This document shows positions 59,639-64,000 of a stretch of 64,000 nucleotides of DNA, one piece after another. Made by a program: the position numbers and the translations under genes. Within the stretch, counting starts at the first letter, position 1; each line of letters starts with the position of its first letter. The notes under the pieces were generated by a model. The model made no database searches, was not told the DNA's origin, and worked only from the letters and a program-made list of their open reading frames with translations. This DNA is from Marsupella aquatica (taxonomy: Eukaryota > Plantae > Marchantiophyta): positions 11,475,660-11,539,659 of the forward strand of contig OZ316893.1 in the NCBI GenBank assembly GCA_973895155.1. The letters run 5' to 3'.

Positions 59639-62294
59639 GCTAGATCACACTCTCCAAGGAAACCCAATTTTGTGGGTAGCTGTCCAGATTGGAAAGCTCT
59701 CCCAGACTAAAGCAATTATACACTATAAGTCCTTATGGATGTAGTTGTGATGATCCAGAGTGTCGATCCACTGGGCAGCTGGTGCTGGACCCCAGTGCTT
59801 CTACGATGGTTTCGAGACGTATTTTATCGTGGTCAATGCTGAAGAAGTACATCCCAAGTTAGAAATTCAATCTTACAATGAACCACAATAGAAAGTGTTC
59901 ATCTCCAGACTAGAAACGGGAGATGAACCATTCAATCCTGAAAACCGACAATATTTGGATATACAACGAAAGTCGTCTTTACTTCGAGTGAGTCTTTTGG
60001 AGGCTGAGTAAGACAACGTCCAGTAATGAGCAAGTCGTTCACGGGTATATTCTTAGATTTTGGACTCGTTTAGATGATTAATTTAGTCCCTAGGGAAGTA
60101 CGATTTTGGTAGTATTTATCTTTTGGAGGCACTAGTGATTATTTTCACCGACACGTGCAGATGCACATGAATTTTGACGCCAGGATTTGGTCAAGAAGTT
60201 TAGCTTGATCACCAGTCAACAGAACGAATGAATAAAACAGAGAGAAACTATTACGCTGTAACAGTAGTCAATTGAAATTATTGAGGCAGAGTATTGATAA
60301 GTGTCTAGAACTTCTTGCGAGGATGTATGAGGTGAGTTCCAGAGCTTCACGTCGCCATCTGGAGAAATTTGTTTTACCACTTCGCGAGGTTGACTGTCAG
60401 CTGATGTTATGTGCATTATCTAGGGGAGTAAGAAGGTTCGTATAATTGACACTGTTGGTTGTTGACGGGGCAGTCTTCTTAGATTTAACAGCTGGTTGGT
60501 ATTATGATGTTCCAGTTTGGGCTTATTGTAGACCCTCTCTTCTACCCAGTACTGGCTTTGAGTGTCCTTCGCCTGTTAGTTCCGTGATGTCACCATCTGA
60601 AGAAGTAGATCACCTGCGTGCTCACGTAGTTGAAACTCCACGTCTAGTTGAAACTCCACGTCTAGTTCACCGTATTGTCCTTCTGCCAATGAATTTGAAG
60701 GGCTATGATTGCTTTAACTAGGCTTCCCAAGACGAGTAAAAGCAACAGCCTCAGCTCGTACTATGGCTGAAAAGAATGTCCTGTCCATCGTAAATAATTA
60801 TCGGTATGCCTAGATATGTGTTCTGTTTAGACAAGTGTCGCAGCGCTGGCCAAACCTGATCAGATACTGAGTGCACGATCTATCACGAAGTGCACATTGC
60901 CATGTCCAGGCTTGTCAAGATTCTTGACAGTGTTAGGCAATTAGTGGACTTTGTACGGATAGAATAGTACATTGCGCTGGTAAAGTAATTGCTAAACACA
61001 GTTATGAGTATAGCATGCCCAGTTCATCATGAAATGTCTTGCATGGTCCATCAGTGTCACAAGGCGGCTAGGTAAGAAACCATAATCAGCAAACACATGC
61101 CATCTGCCCTCCTCCCCTTGGGAATTTCACCTCAAAGGTGCGTCGTGCGAGACATGCATCATCATCAAACAACTTGGGTTTGCTCCCGGTTGTAAAGCTT
61201 GATGTACGAAAATGAGTATCAGACTGCGACCACACAGCTTTTATTACGGTCCCTACTGTTTTTTGCCCTGCTGGTACTAGAGGTTTTCAGCAGTGCCATC
61301 GTGTGCAGTCCCTCTCTCGAACTACTTTCGCAGGAGAAGCCGCTGTCTACATCCAAAAGCCCATAAATGTGAAAGCTAACCGACAATGTTTGCAAGGCAG
61401 TCTGGAAGGCTGTCCGTGAAGCTGGAAAGGGAAACTCTTGTTTTGGTAAATATCGGTAATCATGAAGTTTTTCCGCTGATACTGTGACAAATTGTATCAG
61501 TACAATCATGTTGGACGCAATGGATTGAGGTAAAAACCTCAGACTTTAACACCGTAGACCGCAATAATAGGTAGGATTCTACGGTACACCCTGGAGCCAT
61601 CCTTTCAGCACGACCTGTGTCCACCATGAAACAAAAACGAAAGGACAATCATGAACTTTTCAAAAAGCTTGATCCACTTCTCAGACATCAAATTTCGCGT
61701 CCACAAATTCCAATTATTGTCGGACGCCAGAGTCTAGTGTAGCTGTCCCGGTAGCTGTAGATCGATCACTGCAAAACGTCCCCATTCAATTTTGAGAAAT
61801 CTGATTGAACTTCCTCCAACGATGTAACACACAGCAGTGCACTTTGAAATTTGTGATGAGTGAAAGTGCTTTGATCGATGGGATGAAAATGGCGTTCGAG
61901 GCTGTCATCAATCACCGAGCGCCAAAACTTACTCCGGTCAACATTTGGCATCAATTTTGTCTCCGGCACTCTGTTTACCTCGCATTATACTCTGAGCTAT
62001 TGGTCCCTGAGAAGACCTATCACGTAGCATCTCCTAAAGCAAAACGAGTATCTCATCTTGCAGTGGACCTCGTCTCTCCACCCATTCCATCCATGGTCCA
62101 GAATTCCAAATTTTCCCCCGACGATTTCCAATTCCTCGAAACATGGACGAGAGTATAATCGTTCTCAGCCAGTGCCATAAAGTTGGGCAAAATGATCCCA
62201 TCCATTCGGGCAGTCGACGTCTCTGCACAGGAGCCCGTCACATGTTCGCTGTAAAGGAAGTGAGAGGGAATGGCGCGGGCAGGCCAGGTTAGGG

Positions 62295-62462
62295 CAGGGC
62301 AGGAATGAAACTGACTTCCGAAAGAAAAGAGGGAGAGGAACGGAGGGGGGCCCGGGCAGGGAAGACCGGGCAGACAGGGCAGGAATGAAACTGACTTCCG
62401 AAAGAAAAGAGGGAGAGGAACGGAGGGGGGCCCGGGCAGGGAAGACCGGGCAGACAGGGCAG
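62295..62462. repeat. Perfect 80-bp tandem duplication in a GC-rich patch
   Basis: aggaatgaaactgacttccgaaagaaaagagggagaggaacggaggggggcccgggcagggaagaccgggcagacagggc starts at 62301 and 62381. Confidence 0.92.
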
Positions 62463-64000
62463 CAGGAGAAAAAATGTGATGAATGCCACGATGGGCATTC
62501 GAGCCCGATGGTGCATTCATGCCTTCATGGGCCCTGAGCCGGGCGGGCGGGTCGGCGGGCGGGCAGCCCCCACCTGCCCTGCCTGGCACCCCAACTCTAT
62601 GGACCCCAAGAATTGCTACGGTAGAGTGCACGACCTATAAAATACGATCCTGTACAATACAAGGCCAGACAACCTCAAACTTTACAGTACGGCATGTAAC
62701 ATGCGCTTCCCAGGCATGTAAGCTGTAAAGCATCATGGTGAAAGACCATGGAAAGAGGCCTGTTAGCCATATTGGTTATCAGTCATCAATATCAGTGAAG
62801 TTTAGTGATCTTGTGAAACTTGAACATCAAATTTGTGATTGGTCTATTGAGGTGTGAAACTTTCACTTGGCTGATCTCGCTCAGCACTTGGTTGACCTTG
62901 CTAAGCACTAAGTTGACTGAGAGATATGCTTAGTAGACCCTCTTATGGAAAAAGTTTGTTTAATCAATCCCCTCAATACTTTTCCCCAATCTGGACCGTT
63001 GATGGACCTTTCGATCTCAGATCTGGACCGTTGATAAACCTCAGGGGGTCAATCAAGTAACAAGTTTCATTTTGGGGGTCGATCAAACAAATACCTCCAT
63101 TGCACTCTTGACTGACCTCTCAACTCTCGGCTAACCCTTGTTGAGTAGGAAGTTCCACACACAAGTGACTGATGGGAGTGACTGATACGTGACATAGACA
63201 ACTGATAACTAATGGGGTTGCAATACTCCCATGCAGGTGCAAAATGGAATTACACATCAAAAAACAACAGCTTACAATGTATCTAAATCAGTGATATATA
63301 AACAATCGGGTCTATAATGGGCATGAAAATTCCATGCAATGTTGGGGCCTGTGCCACATGGCACAAAACATGGCACAAAACATTATAGGTTGCAACTTTT
63401 TTATGTGCAATTGCGAGGTGTGTCCAAAGCAGTGAAAATATAGTGCAACATGTTTCATTGTGCCCCTATTCCAGATGGGTCCAATTTACGTTTGTGACAT
63501 GTGTTTCAAACAAGCCCAGGCACACCAAGTCCATTTTTTGAGTTTTGGCATCTATAGTATAGATGTTCCTGATCTGGTCACTACAGTGAGGCTATATTTA
63601 TACAGGCCTTAATTTCTCTGGGAACATTTCTGGGTAATTGTAACATGCGAGCAAACAGTAAAAAATTTACTCGCACGAGCAAAAACATTTCCTGCATGAC
63701 CCCTATTTTTCTACATGCAACTGTCTCGCTATCAACTACCTGGTTGGTAACATCCCTTTTGGGGAATCCCTTTTTGCTAGCGAGCTCGCTAGCAATCTGG
63801 AATCCTTAAAAAAACACCAAAAATGTAAAGGGCACCAAAAAGCAACTGAAATTTGGAACCATTATTGTCTCGCTATTAAAATCTACTCGCTATCAAAATC
63901 TACTCGCTATCAAAATCTCCTGTTTGCTCGCAACATAGAATACCTCAACATTTCTTTTAATTCAAACTATAATTGTGAGTAAGGTCGACGGGCAGGTACA

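Noticed and set aside
60446-62250. Several 60-120-aa ORFs downstream of MTM1
   Set aside because: No motif or consistent splice structure recognised; a decayed gene cannot be excluded without BLASTX.

Overview
Gene-dense nuclear DNA of a land plant. A non-seed plant, probably a bryophyte, is inferred from intron sizes, protein sequences and bryophyte-like mitochondrial tRNA fragments. Recognisable genes: an unknown 7-exon thylakoid-targeted membrane protein (-), intronless mitochondrial EF-Ts (+), a tomosyn/Lgl-like WD40 + R-SNARE protein (+), FKBP12 (-), MGDG synthase MGD1 (-), a small plastid single-pass protein (+), DEAD-box helicase RH36/DDX49 (-) and mitochondrial carrier MTM1 (+). The ~27-41.5 kb interval is an accessory patch: a MULE-type element with 340-bp TIRs and a 9-bp TSD, a tRNA-derived SINE with an 18-bp TSD, a Helitron remnant with two 3' ends, a probable solo LTR inside a duplicate of the MGD1 3' flank, and a GC-rich mosaic holding mitochondrial trnS/trnQ fragments. 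The most striking observation is that the FKBP12 5' cassette (5' leader, 88-nt first coding exon, phase-1 GT donor, start of intron 1) occurs in two more, diverged copies. Each sits at the 5' end of an unrelated gene (MGD1 and RH36), and each can be spliced in frame to that gene. This suggests a portable promoter/first-exon module that creates chimeric genes. Gene models were read by eye; no transcript evidence was available.
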